From the NCBI GenBank assembly GCA_964016885.1, contig OZ024742.1, forward strand, positions 351,044,001 to 351,108,000: a stretch of DNA of 64,000 bases, given 5' to 3'. The translations under genes were made by a program, and so were the position numbers. Source of the stretch: Eledone cirrhosa. Its lineage: Eukaryota. The notes below the pieces were generated by a model. That model ran no database searches, had not been told where the DNA came from, and saw only the letters and a program-made list of their open reading frames with translations. Shown one piece after another: positions 14,084 to 27,946 of the stretch (position 1 is the stretch's first letter; every line of letters begins with the position of its first letter).

Positions 14084-14179
14084 GATTAATATTAAGAAAA
14101 ATTAATAATACGAAGAGTTAATAATACGATGACTTGTATTTTAATTCCACTGCCCCAACTTCTTATATTATGGAAAAAA

Positions 14180-14484
14180 TATATGTGTCTGTATGTATAT
14201 ATATATATATATATTTGAAGGCCATTTCTCTGTGTGTGGGTGTATGTATGTGTATATGTGTGTGTGTGTGTATGTGTGTGCATGTGGATGTATGTATTGT
14301 GTGTGCGTGTGTGTGTATGTATGTGGGTATCTGGATGTATGCGTATGTGTATATATATATATATATATGCGTGTGTGTGTGTGTGTGTGTGTATGTGTGT
14401 GTATATATATGTGTGTGTGTGTGTGTATGTTTGTATGTGTGTATGTATATATATATGTGTGTGTGTGTGTATGTATGTGTGGGG

Positions 14485-14562
<78 letters not shown>

Positions 14563-14601
14563 ATGTATGTGTGTATCTGGATGTATGTGTATGTATATAT
14601 A

Positions 14602-14664
<63 letters not shown>

Positions 14665-14810
14665 ATGTGTATATATATATGTGTGTGTGTGTATGTGTGT
14701 ATGTATATGTATGTGTGTGTGTATGTATGTGTGTATATGTATATATATATATATATATATATGTATATGTATATGTATGTATGTGTGGATGAAGGTATGT
14801 GTGTATATAT
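14180..14810. repeat. Compound (TG)n/(TA)n microsatellite
   Basis: Directly visible; the source of the long spurious ORFs here. Confidence 0.95.
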
Positions 14811-15115
14811 AGGTGTAAGTGCACTAAATCCCTTTCTATCACGCTCCACTCTCCTACCCATCACAGGAAGATATGTGTATGTTTATTGCTTCCACCCCTC
14901 ACTGACCAGCAGCTGGCGATTGCTAAATCTGACCTTTATAAAATAACCCACACCCCAAATAACTTCTCATTCACTACCAGAAAGGGACACAGCAGTCAAC
15001 CTGTTGTTGCTACCAAGATGAAAACTGCTATGAAATCCCACAATGAATTTTATACTTGAATTTTCAAGTCTCAAATTTTAACTCTTCGTATTATTAATTT
15101 TTCTTAATATTAATC

Positions 15116-15163
15116 AACATTTGAAAAGATGGCTTTTGCAGACCCATCGAAACCGGTCATTTT
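15116..15163 (+). ncRNA. U3-A8 hammerhead variant (family E)
   Basis: aacat-TTGAAAA-gatgg-N11-ccatc-GAA-ACCGGT-C-atttt; perfect stem II, palindromic stem III, weak stem I. Confidence 0.6.
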
Positions 15164-15299
15164 TTATACCCTTTATTATTTCCTTACCTTATAAAATTAT
15201 GTTTTTTCACAAAAAAGTATTCTGTCTCTTATATATTCCATGTGCCATTACCAACCTCAATTTTCTCTATAACCTTCGCTTTGTGTAGAAAATTACACT

Positions 15300-15385
<86 letters not shown>

Positions 15386-15528
15386 TGGTAAACGGAATAG
15401 AAAATGCTGACATATATATATATATGTGTGTGTATTTATATATAACATATATCTATATATATATATAGTTAAAAGAATAGAGGTGTAACACACACAGTTG
15501 CTCGATAATTTCTTCATTCTTTGCTTCC

Positions 15529-15592
<64 letters not shown>

Positions 15593-15712
15593 TGGTAAAC
15601 GGAATAGAAAATGCTGACAAATTGTTCACAGTTGAAAAATGGTTTAATTAGGAATAAAAGAGTATTAGTAATTGTATGGGTTAGTATTCAGTTGTGGTTT
15701 TAAGTTTTTAAG

Positions 15713-15751
15713 TTTTTACCGGTTGCGCATTTCTAAATGCTTTTCAAAAAT
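15713..15751 (-). ncRNA. Hammerhead-like motif with U3-A8 core and GCAA in place of GAAA (family A)
   Basis: ttt-TTGAAAA-gcatt..aatgc-GCA-ACCGGT-A-aaa; also at ~38404-38441(+) and ~52123-52160(+). Confidence 0.5.
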
Positions 15752-16423
15752 AATTTTGAGATAGAGTGTCCGTGTTGTTTGCTCTGATTTGATTAGTTTG
15801 GGGAATTCTACCTGTTTTTATGTTAAAAAAGTGGCTCCAGCGCTACTTTGGTGTTGCAAAAATTCTTGTGGTCAAAACAATTTTGATTTGTCGGTAGAGG
15901 TCATTTGAATGTAAAAAATTGATTTTGCGCCAAGACTGTTTTTATGTTAAAAAAGTGGCTCCAGCGCTACTTGGTGTTGCATAAATTCTTGTGGTCAAAA
16001 CAATTATTATTGGTCGGTAGAGGTCATGTGAATGTAAAACATTGATTTTGCGCCAAGACTGAGAAATGACTCTTTCACAACAAATATGTGTGTGTGTGTG
16101 TGTGTGTGTGTGTAGTAGTAGTAAAGTGTTCGATGTTGTGATAATGGTTAGCAGGGATGTGTGTGCGTACCGCAGCCTGTTGACAGTTCAAATGGCTATT
16201 AACATAACTGTGTGTGTGTGTGTGTGTGTATGTGTGTGGGTGTATGTATGTATATAGCAGAGTAATTCGTGGTTGCGGGCAGTCAGTAGGAATGTGTCTG
16301 TAAGCAGTGGGAGGTATTTTAGCATGTCAAAAGATATTTTTTAGCTTTTGTCTTATACGGAGAAGTGTGTGTGTGTGTGTGTGTGTATAAGTCTCTTTGT
16401 ATGTTAATGTACGCGTGTGTATG

Positions 16424-16457
<34 letters not shown>

Positions 16458-16459
16458 AG

Positions 16460-16500
<41 letters not shown>

Positions 16501-16649
16501 ACCAGTATTTTTTTCAACTGGTAAAATGGTGTACATTATTCGATATTTTCAGTAAAATCGGTTCTCTTAATAGAACATCAAAAATATTAACAATAAAAGG
16601 TATGAAATGATATTCACTATATATATATATATACATATATTCACTATAA

Positions 16650-16682
<33 letters not shown>

Positions 16683-16800
16683 TTTTTTTGTGTTGCACCA
16701 TAGAGCATGTCTGTTTACGTATGTCATTGTGTTTATATGTGGGTAGAGATGTGTGCTGATGTAGGTATGTATGTAGACGTGTGTATGTTGTGGGTTCGTT

Positions 16801-18008
16801 TTAGGGAGAAGTGTTTAGACGGGGTCCGTATTTGTTAATAAAGTAAGATTCCTTGCTGATGCGCTGGGTGTGGGTGGCATTATCTTTAAATTTGTAGAGG
16901 GGAAAGATTCTGAAGTTGGGATGATTTTGGGCGGCACTGGTATCAATGTGTTCACTCAGTGGTATTTGCCTGTATTCCCGTATTTTAATTTGGGATCTAT
17001 GGACAGTCATGCGTTGGCGGAGGCTGTTTTTTGCCTGGCCTATGTATTGTTCTCGACAACCTGAACAAGTTAATACATATATTAGATTTTCCGATGCACA
17101 TGTGAAATTGTGTTTTACTATAAAATGTTGTCCTTCCTTGAAATAGAATACCGAACCCTCTATTAGGTTGATGCAAATGCCACAGTTGGGTCTATCGCAT
17201 TTGTTACTGTGGGTTTCGTTGTTGTGGTTGGCAGTACATTGGCATGTGTTAGGATGTTTTTCATTGACTTGGATTGTCTTTTGCTCTTTATGATATCGTG
17301 TGTTCGTAGGATTTGGTTCATTCTATGGTCCTTTTTCAACACATGGATGTTCTGGAGGATGGTGTCAAACGCCTCATTGTTGAGGGGGTTGTGTGTGGAG
17401 ATGTATGGAAGAGCTTTTAGTTTCGGTTGATTTACTTTAGGGTGTCTAAGGTGCTGGGTACTGAGTTTTAGGGCACGTTGAATTCCATTGTCAATTAGTG
17501 ATGCAGTGTAGTCCCTGCCTATGAGTGTGTCCTTTAGTTCTTGTAGCCGTAAGTAGCAGGGTTTTTTCTTGGAGACTATAGTACAGATTCTCTTGGCTAA
17601 GTTGTAGGGAATATTAATTTTAACGTGTATAGGGTGGCAAGAGTTGAAAGGAAGATATTGCTTGGAGTCTGTGGGCTTGTAGTATATGTCTGTTTCTATT
17701 TTTTTGTTATGGATCTTAATGAGGATGTCGAGGAAGGGGAGTTGTTGATGACTGTATTCCGTCGTGAAGTTAATATTCGTGTTGAGCCCATTTATAAGGG
17801 TGTGCAATTCTTTAAGTTTTTCGATGTTTTCGTGCCAAAGGATGAAGCAGTCATCTAGATATCGCTTCCAGTTCCTTTCAATGTGTAAGTGGAGAGTGTT
17901 TCCAAATTTGTTTAGGACTCTAGTGTTGAGGGTGATTTCCAGGTATCCCATGACTAGATTGGCATAAGTGGGGGCTGTTTTCGTTCCCATAGCGGTCCCA
18001 GATTTCTG

Positions 18009-18011
<3 letters not shown>
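16801..18011 (-). pseudogene. PLE RT-thumb-Cys linker-GIY-YIG, frameshifted near 17200
   Basis: QKSGTAMGTKTAPTYANL, RYLDDCF, LPFLD, TDIYYKPTD; after a 1-nt shift CDRPNCGIC..NLIYVLTCSGCREQYIGQ..LNTSP. Confidence 0.92.
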
Positions 18012-18087
<76 letters not shown>

Positions 18088-18090
<3 letters not shown>

Positions 18091-18315
18091 CGTTTCTGAA
18101 TTTGTTTAGCAAGATTCTTTATCAGAAACCGTGTGTTGAAACCGATATTGTTATACTTTGGGAGGGTCATGTTGCCAATAAGAAACACACGCACCAGTTG
18201 CTTTCACTTCAATTTATTATAATAAATTTATAATTTATAAATTTACTATAATAAATTGAAGTGAAAGCAACTGGTGCGTGTGTTTCTTATTAGCAACATG
18301 ACCCTCCCAAAGTAT

Positions 18316-18320
<5 letters not shown>
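18088..18320. mobile_element. PLE family D minimal hairpin in (TA)n
   Basis: 60-bp tail, then inverted arms ~18148-18232 and ~18247-18320; same sequence as the ends of 35621-37690. Confidence 0.9.
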
Positions 18321-18382
<62 letters not shown>

Positions 18383-18397
18383 TACATACATACATAT

Positions 18398-19216
18398 AAA
18401 AGGCAGAGATAATAACTCAGATTGATACCCTGAAATTAACAAGCTCAAAGTATAAATACTGACCATTATATAATAATATATGTAGTAATAAACAGAGTAA
18501 ATCGTGCGTCTGAAACTACGAGGGTTGAAATACCACGTTGGTTTGACTAAGTTAACCCGAAACTAAGGGAAATGCAAAACATATACTGACGGTCTCAATA
18601 ATTATTACATCTCCTCGATAGATTAGACATATAATGTCTCGCCCCGAGAAATGTGTTTGTAACAGATGATCCGTGGGCGTCATCAGCGAGAGAATTAGAT
18701 TAAATGTGACAGACAACTAAAGCTAAAAGCCACACGAATGAACATTTCACCCCGTGCGCTAGAAGTCAAAAGTGGTGTGAGTGAATAGGCTAGAAACAAT
18801 AGCTTTAATACACCCAACTTATAAGCTCACCTATTTAGGGAGCCGAAATACAAATAAAAGGCAGAGTTATAACTCATATAGTATAAATAGTGAGCATTAT
18901 ATAATAATATAATGCTCACTATTTATACTATATGAGTTATAACTCTGCCTGTTATTTGTATTTCGGCTCCCTAACTAGGTGAGCTTATAAGTTGGGTGTA
19001 TTTTACGGGGTCGATAAAATACAGTACCAGTAATGCACTGGGTAATTGCTGGCCTTGTGCCTAACGTAGAAACAATTATATAATAATGTGTTGTAATAAA
19101 CAGAGTAAATCGTGTGTCTAAAATTACGAGGGTTGAAATACCACGTTGGTTTGACAAATTTAACCTGAAGCAAACGGACATACAGACAATGTACTGACCG
19201 TCTCAATAACTATTAC
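18398..19216 (+). mobile_element. Partial tandem repeat (~460-bp period, pLTR-like), interrupted by an inverted duplication plus SINE 3' half
   Basis: 18398-18608 recurs as 18856-18908 plus 19075-19216; palindrome at 18807-19001; SINE 3' half at 19003-19078. Confidence 0.7.
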
Positions 19217-19313
19217 GTATATATAAGATTAGTTGGAAGTGATATTTTAGTAATTAAGTTAATTTTATAAATTTCTTATTTTACGTCTCTCATATATATA
19301 TATATATATATAT

Positions 19314-19495
19314 AGTTTTAATATTGATGAGATTCTACAGGACTAGAACTGTTTGATTCTTTAGAAATCATCAGGAATCTAAAGAATGAAACAGGTCTAG
19401 TCCTGTAGAATCTCATCTATATTAAAACTGTTATACTCTGAAATGTATTGAGTACCTTACTTACTGTGCTTACCTCCGATTCAACCCGGAATAAC

Positions 19496-19497
<2 letters not shown>
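19314..19497. mobile_element. Minimal PLE hairpin in (TA)n centred on a hammerhead core
   Basis: Arms ~19314-19365 and ~19378-19429; ~65-bp tail; the two arms together give CTGATGA-tttctaaagaat-GAAAC-ag-GTC. Confidence 0.75.
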
Positions 19498-19580
<83 letters not shown>

Positions 19581-19724
19581 GGGAAATTTAGTCAAAGCAT
19601 AAAGTGTATGCTGAAAATATTTGTATTAACAGTTTAAGTTATTCGTGCATAACCAGTAAATTCCCTAGATTAAGTACGCATAAGTGACTCTGTGAAATAT
19701 ATATAGCTCTCCTTGCCTCTCATC

Positions 19725-19781
<57 letters not shown>

Positions 19782-20849
19782 TGATACTCATATTGTCACA
19801 ACTTATATATAAGATAAACTTATATCAGTATCTCTACAGAATAAATACACCATATGAGTAAAGCTATACATGTGTACGAATATTAATATTATTTTTATTA
19901 TACAGACATATAAACATTCCATATTTGCGTATGTTTCTGTGAATTCATTTTGTCTAGTTCTATCATTCATTGCAACGATGGAAAATATTCCAAAGCGTGA
20001 AGAGTTTTAAGTTTTATACGAACTCTCCAGGAATATTAAACCTCTATTTTGCACGCCCCTTTCCACAATTCACCATGTTTGTAGGACAATTTCGATCATA
20101 AATTTGTTTCGCATAACATTCATTTGTAATCCTTCATAAAAGTATCATTACTCCTATGATATATATGAGGTTAGCCCTCCCTAAACCTATCTTGATCGCA
20201 GTATACACGATTTATTTCTAGTTTCTTATTGTCTAAATCTGTCTCGTCGTTCAGGCACACGAAGTCGCAGTAAGATCGTGATATGCTCGTTTTAGTTACT
20301 TATCCTCTCACAACACTTCATATATTGCCCATGAACCCGACCATGCAACATCGCTATTCGAACACATATTTCAAGCAACCAAATCTTCCCCCTTTGTTGG
20401 CAGCTGTAGTGGTAACCTTTATAAAATCAGTGACTGCATGTACACCTACGAGTGTGTTTGTGTCTCTGTGTTTGTATTATTTTTAAGCTACTTTTAAGAT
20501 ATCTTCTAATTCAAACAATTGAATTCACAATTTATTTCTATTATTGGAAACCAATATTAACACAAATCAGAAACCAATATTTAAGTTTATATATGTAATA
20601 TTCATTAGTAATTACGCATCATATTGGAGTAATTGTTTAGATCAATGGCCCCCGGGTTTACCAGATTTGTGTTTATTTAAAGCTCTTCCATTTGCATCCA
20701 TCCGCTTCGTTACTTTCCTTAAAACCAGTGAACCATGAATTACTGGAATACTATATTTTACATTTACAGTGTGAAGTGCAAAATATATAGATTTGGCTGT
20801 TATTTTTCCTTCGGCCGCAGCATTTAACAGTCCTGACAAGGAAGCCTGT

Positions 20850-21470
20850 GCAGTGCAATCTAAATGTGAATGGAGTTCCATTGAAGCAGGTGGAGAAGTA
20901 CAAGTACTTCAGGGCCGTGTTCGTGAGTGATAAAAGGCAGAGGCTGAATTAAGTGCCATAATTGCATGAGCCGTTACAGTAATGCGCCAGCTTCAGCATT
21001 CAGTAATCAGAGGAGAGGAGGTAGGTGTAAAAACCCTATCTTCAATTTGGAATTCGTGCTAGACCTCAGCCGTGGTCACGAATCTTGGGTAATGCTCGAA
21101 AGAATACGAACGCGAATAGAGGCGGTCGGAATAGGATGACTGCGAGCCGTCTACGGAGTTACGTTACTCGATAGAGTGAGACGATCATAGGGTCACTCCA
21201 GGTAGAGCCGCTACCTCTTCGAATTAAGAGATCACAGCTCCGATACCGCGTATATGTGCTTAGAATGCTTCAGAAAAGAAATGTTGAAAATATCTTACTG
21301 GAAAAACCAACCGACAGGAGACCAAGGAGTAGACCGCGATGGTTTGGATAAAATGTATGAGATTGGCTGGTCTCACTTAAAGTTTCACACGGATAAATTG
21401 GAGACGGTTGCTACTGACAGGATCCGCTGGAAGGAGTGTTTGAGAACTCTGTCCCTCATGAACCTCTTAG
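20850..21470 (+). mobile_element. Decayed RTE-clade LINE 3' fragment
   Basis: CNLNVNGVPLKQVEKYKY, GHESWVMLERIRTRIEAV and ATDRIRWK motifs, with frameshifts. Confidence 0.8.
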
Positions 21471-23324
21471 AAGGAAGAAGAAAAAGAAGGTTGCAATTTC
21501 TAGTTTTTCTTTTACATTTAACATTTCTATCTTTGTTTATTTCAAGAGAGGTTTTATATATCAGGATTTCAATAATGTTTTTAAATGAAGGATATTTTGC
21601 AAATCAAGACCGACAAAAATATCACATATTTGAATTCCTTGTGTGCTCATACTGGGATTAATTAAATGTAAAGTTAATTGAGACAGGGTTTCCAATAATA
21701 AAGATAAACATTTGATTAATAGGTGTATTTACTTTGTCACTAAAAAAAACATCCGTAATATTGAAAAACTCATGAAAATATTCATCACAATATAAATAAG
21801 GCCTACGGAAAAGTTTATATAGAATGAGTTGAAGAGAAATCAATATTATGAAAATATGAATAAGGAGGGCTGATATTCATACACGCAGTACTTGCAAAGC
21901 ACGAGACATATATTTAGCAAGTTTGCCAATGAAAGCAAACAAAACGAAATTTCATTGTACGTTTATTGTCGGAAAAAATAATCAACTCATATATGAACAG
22001 TTTGTATTTCATATTCTCTTTCGTGAAACAAATTTAATATAATCAACAATTTACATAGACTGTTACAAAATAACTTTTATATACAAAACAACGAAATATC
22101 TATTTGTTTGGTAACAATCAATGACGTATTTAATGTTGGGGTATACAAGTAGCAAGTACACCAATCTGTATATTCAAGCAATGACAGTGTGTGAAATCCA
22201 CATCAAGTCACCAAAGCATTTAAAACATGAATAATTTAATTGTAGTGTTGCAAAATAATAACATATGCAAAATAAACTTATTTTCAGATACAAATACCAG
22301 GAAGCATTATTTTACTTACTGTTAACTTATAATCAAATAATCAATAAGCAATTCCTATCGTATTCACTTAATGCCTCTTAATTCCCAACAAATGCCAGTA
22401 CATGGTCTAGTCTAAAGTTACAGATCAGTAATATAACATTTTTAACCGAGAGACATAGTTCGTTGGCACTCTCGCAAACCCCTTCTCTTGCTGCAGAAGA
22501 GAAAACTGTGAACTAATCGCATACACACCTCAAAGCATATTACATACAATTACGAGCAAAAAACACGTATTTGTTGGGCGACTACAAAATTAAGAAAGGC
22601 AAATTTCACCTCTCGACGATTTGGAATCAGAGTGCAGACAGCCAAATGCAGTAACGGAAGGTATTCTACCCAACACCCTAACAAAACAGCCAATTCACGG
22701 CCTTCTTCTTACTGCCAGGAATATTAAATATTGAATTGCGAATTGAAACTGCAAAGCATAATAATATGTAAACCTTATATATAACCATCATATCATAGTT
22801 TAAGAGTACTTAACTTTTCACATTTCCTTCGTACATAACTTAAAGTATGTTGGAGTTATTGAGGTGTAGATAATACGTTCGACTAAAATGCAGATGAGTC
22901 CCAGTCAGAACCCATTTTCTAATTATCGGCAAATGCGTTATGTCATATAATAGTGTTGATCCAAGCCTTACATGTATATTTGTTAGAATTGCATTTTGTG
23001 ATCATCCGTAAAATGGATTGAACGATTTATTAGCTTGGAATAATTAATCTATCGCTCATTTTAATTTAATCAGTCTGTCCAATTAGCAGACTCCAGTCTG
23101 GTAGAAACAATAGTAAGTGGCCTGCGGATAACTGAAGGGACCTGTTGGAGTTAAATCTATTTCAAACAAACAGAAGCAAAGCTGAGCTGATAATCCTAGA
23201 GACCTCGGTTCCTTTTCTCACAAGCTGGCGATATTAACATAGACAATATTGAAATATATAAAATTAAAAATAAAGCAGATATTATTATTAATATTTGAAA
23301 AACTCAGATTACATTTATTATATA

Positions 23325-23803
23325 TATATGAATAAATTGATTCCTTCATCAGTGATCTTCCAGCCTTCATTGATATTTCATCGCTTTAAAAACCATATAC
23401 CTCCGGTTGGTTCGAGCAACGGCTAATGAAAGTCGTTGGGACACGTAAATAGGGGGAACAAGCGCGACAGTCAACAATCAAAGATGGTAATGCAACGAAA
23501 AGTGAGGAAGAATGAGTCTAGTCCCTGAAATCGATGAACATATTCTGTGAAATCGTGGACGAGAGAGAATAAAGACCATGAAACCTGGACGAAATGTTGT
23601 ATTGCCATCTTTGATTGTTTACTGTCTCGCCCGTTTCCCTTATTTACGTTTCCCAACGACTTTCTTTAGCTGTTGCTCGCACCAACCGGATGTATATGGA
23701 CTTTAAAGCGATGAAATAACAATGAAGGTTGGAAGAACACTGATGAAGGGCTACATTTATTCATATGTAACACATTTGCAACCACGCAGCACGCCATGTT
23801 TTC
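23325..23803. mobile_element. PLE-type hairpin with tail
   Basis: Inverted arms ~23325-23496 and ~23596-23766; ~37-bp right tail; TA flanks. Confidence 0.8.
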
Positions 23804-23836
<33 letters not shown>

Positions 23837-23837
23837 G

Positions 23838-24321
<484 letters not shown>

Positions 24322-26307
24322 TATATAAATATATAACCACAAATAAATAACCGATCCGAGAGAAGAGAGACGATGCGGCTGGTGTAAACAAACGAGACAA
24401 CAACAACGCACACACACACACGCAGAGACATTCGAACGATTGTTATTATATGTTTAGCCCCCCCCGCCCCACACACACACCATTCACCGACCAACAAGCG
24501 ACCAGACATACTGCTAGTACCAAAGACCAGTACATATAGGTAGTACAATGAATTGACAGCTAACGCCATCCCATTCCCACATTAAAAAGGAGCTGCTTTG
24601 ACCTCTGCGTGACCGCACCAATTCCGCGCGCACGTGCGCTCTACAGAATATCTCAGTTACACACAAACAGCGGACAACAGAGGCCACGAACCGTTCCACT
24701 CCGACAGATAACGCCCCCCCCCCTCGGAAAATCCCCCAGTTGATGGATGCGAATCCGAAATATAGGGACAATTAAATCTCTCCCAAAGTAACTCTCTCAC
24801 GTGTTATTACTTTTATCTTTTACGCTCTTTCCTAAGTTCCTCTACACACTATACATCTCATTCTTCATTCACTTACATCTATCTCTTCTGTTACCCGGAG
24901 ATTTACCCATCTGCATTGTTGAGGCTTCCAAAACGACAAAAAAAAAAAAAATATATATAGTGAACTTTCATCAAGAATCTCCTAGCAGTATATATGCATG
25001 AGATTACATTCAAATTGTAATCATTGACATTTTAATTTGAATTTCCTTATCTATGGTTAATTTGCCCCCTGCTGTGCAGATTTCTTATTGTGAACATACA
25101 ATATATACGAAAAGGCACAGAATTATAAGCGCAATACTAATGGAAATAATAATAAATCGATGACAATCTAAAGTATATTTGCTAATATCATTAAAAACAA
25201 ATATAAGAAGGAAACCGACTTATTATTTCAGAAAAATGTAATATTGAAACCTAATTATAAATCACTGGAAAGATAAGCACAGAATGAAACAAATACATGT
25301 ATAAGAATGTATGTAAAAATATTGCTGTAGTTATCTGTCATGAGTTAGGGTGTACATATAAGTGTATATTCATTGAATTCTGTCTTATTTGAACATACCA
25401 CTCTCAATGCTATTAACACAAATCCCTCAGTAAGAAAATACCTTGGACGTCTCACACATAACGTTGAAGTAATATACGCAACATTCTATTTCTCTTACTG
25501 CAATTGAAGTAACAACAAGGCACACTATATAGCTACTAAATTGAACATTTTCTCTACTCACACACAATACAAAATACCTACTTATAACATCTCTCAGAGG
25601 GGAAATATAACTGATGAAACCTAAAATACAGCATAAGTTTAAAACACAATGACGTGGGAAAATGCATTCTTTCTCTTTCACCTTCCAAATGTTGCGCTGT
25701 TTTCAAAAGTCATAACCCAAGGGGACAAACAATTGGCAATATGTTCATTTAAAAGCTCTGTAAAATTAAAGCACTACTATGCTTAAGAGCTATAACGTCT
25801 TACTAACGGTTAAACTATAAATCTACTGTAAAAAGGAAAACAACAGTCGACAAACATCTAGCCAAGTATGCAATACACGTTTTTGACTTTATTTCATTGC
25901 AAAATCCAGTAACGACGACGAAGTAAAACATTCGCTAACTAAATAGACTCCTTAATATAATACAGCTACAAACGTAGTGTGGCTCGCGTCAAACTCTTCA
26001 ATTGACACCACCAAGCCCTCACCACAATTAGGGAACCACCATTATGTAGCTGAAACTTCCAAAAATAGCAACATAATCTTTCAGAATTAACAGAATATTG
26101 ATTTTAAAAAGAAGCATTGTATTTCGGAATCTTAGAGTAACTGTCCGTCAAAATAAAAGACAGTTAAATGTCCCTGTGATCACAACTGCACAACATTTGG
26201 ATCAAATGTCCTATAATGAAGGGCTAACCCGAAAATATATCCTATATTATTTTCAACTCATTAAAAAGTAGAATGAAAAAAACATCGCATATATAGAGAT
26301 CAAATAG

Positions 26308-26625
26308 TAGTTATTATATTTGGTGAGGGTCATGTTGTTCTAATATTGTCAAAATAGGAAAACATACTTAGTGTTTCATGTGGTTTTGGTTTCAGTATAT
26401 TTTTATATTTTTATAAATAATTTTGATGTCACAGATATGTGCGACTAAAAATGACGCGAGATTATGTTTCGATTTTGAACTTTTGTTCAATCTATGATAC
26501 AATTCATTGCCAGCTAAATTGTAAACATATAAATATATTTTTAACAATATTAGGAAACCTGACCCTCCTAAATAGAACAACATATGTTTCAACACATGAT
26601 TTCATATCAGAAACCTTGTAAAAAT
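26308..26625. mobile_element. Old, degraded family D-like foldback
   Basis: gagggtcatgttgttctaatattg is inverted as caatattaggaaacctgaccctc; tail gtttcaacacatgatttc resembles the family D tail. Confidence 0.55.
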
Positions 26626-26887
26626 TATACGTCGCCTATATAGTTATTCACTCTAAGATAACTATTACCAGACCATATATAGATATTATGTTCTAAACCA
26701 TTCCACAAGTCAACTTCACAATCCCTCGCATATCTTCAACATAGCAGTCAACATTTTACAATAAATGGCTATTCACTTCAGAACCAGAATATTCTAAAGC
26801 CAAATATACTAGAGTCGTGATCAAATATGAACCCTCACCAAATCTCAAACCAACCAGCAATGTAAATACTCTGTTATTATATGTGTC

Positions 26888-27012
26888 GAATAGGCGGTGA
26901 ATTGGCAGGAATAGGCGGTGAATTGGCAAGAATAGGCGGTGGATTGGCAAGAATAGGCGGTGGATTGGCAAGAATAGGCGGTGGATTGGCAAGAATAGGC
27001 GGTGGATTGGCA
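26888..27012 (+). repeat. 21-bp tandem repeat (about 6 units) made from the SINE 5' end
   Basis: gaataggcggtggattggcaa units run directly into the SINE. Confidence 0.9.
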
Positions 27013-27185
27013 GTATCGGTAGAGCGTCGGTGGCCAAGTTTTGTTGCAAAAAGTTACGTCCCTTTATGATCTGAGCTCAGATCCCGCCGAGGTTAACTTT
27101 GCCTTTCATCCTTACAGGGTCGATAAAATAAAGTACCAGTAATACACTGGGATATTTGCTGGCTTTGTTCCAAAAGTAGAAAAAG
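26998..27185 (+). mobile_element. Main SINE copy
   Basis: Matches 7623-7803. Confidence 0.85.
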
Positions 27186-27460
27186 TTATATGTTTCGAAT
27201 ATCAAGTAAAGTTCTGAATCCCCTTTATTCAGTCAGCAGAGAAATAAGTATATATTAAGTGTTTACATGTCTATTTACTTACTGACTGAAGTTATATCTA
27301 AATTCAGATATACACAGTCCTGATTAATTTTGTTCTGTATATGTAATGTTATGTATATATGAATCATATACAGACACACAGACACACATACACACATACA
27401 CACACACATACACACACATACACACACACACACACATACACACACACATACACGCGCACA

Positions 27461-27495
<35 letters not shown>

Positions 27496-27682
27496 TGTCA
27501 TCACTATCAAGTTTAGGATTATATCTTTCAAGAGAGAGTGTGTGTGTGTGTGAGAGAGAGCAAGAGAGCGAGAACGAGAAAGAGAGAGAGTAAGAGAGAG
27601 CTAGAGAAAAAAAGAGATAGTAAAAGAGGACGCGAGAAAGAGAAAGCAAAAGAGAGAGACCAAGTGAGATAGCAAGATAGCA

Positions 27683-27781
<99 letters not shown>

Positions 27782-27946
27782 GAGCGAGAGAGAGGCAGAA
27801 GGAATGAGAGAGTATAAGTGAAATAACTTACAGAGAGAGTGGCGTTTGTTTCTTACACATATTAAAGTAAATAAATAACAAGTTAGAAAGAACCCCATGA
27901 CGCTATCACGTGTTAAACAGTCATACATAACATTCATTATTATATA

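Larger units (their letters stand above)
13930..15302 (+). mobile_element. PLE family E non-autonomous foldback in (TA)n
   Basis: Arms ~13931-14120 and ~15079-15269 are almost identical inverted repeats; ~30-bp tail on the right; loop holds a long TG/TA microsatellite. Confidence 0.85.
15465..18011 (-). mobile_element. PLE family A (Neptune-like), 5'-truncated
   Basis: RT and GIY-YIG coding at 16801-18011; TG-rich 3' UTR and terminal region shared with 32757-33660, 38329-38663 and 52085-52311. Confidence 0.9.

Noticed and set aside
17163-18194. 343-aa ORF as an intact gene
   Set aside because: Chimeric read-through: family D hairpin plus (TA)n plus a truncated family A RT that ends at a frameshift.
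18815-18862. Hammerhead-like ctcaccta/tagggag stem followed by GAAATAC
   Set aside because: The 5' core (cttataag) does not fit YUGANRA and no stem I is evident.
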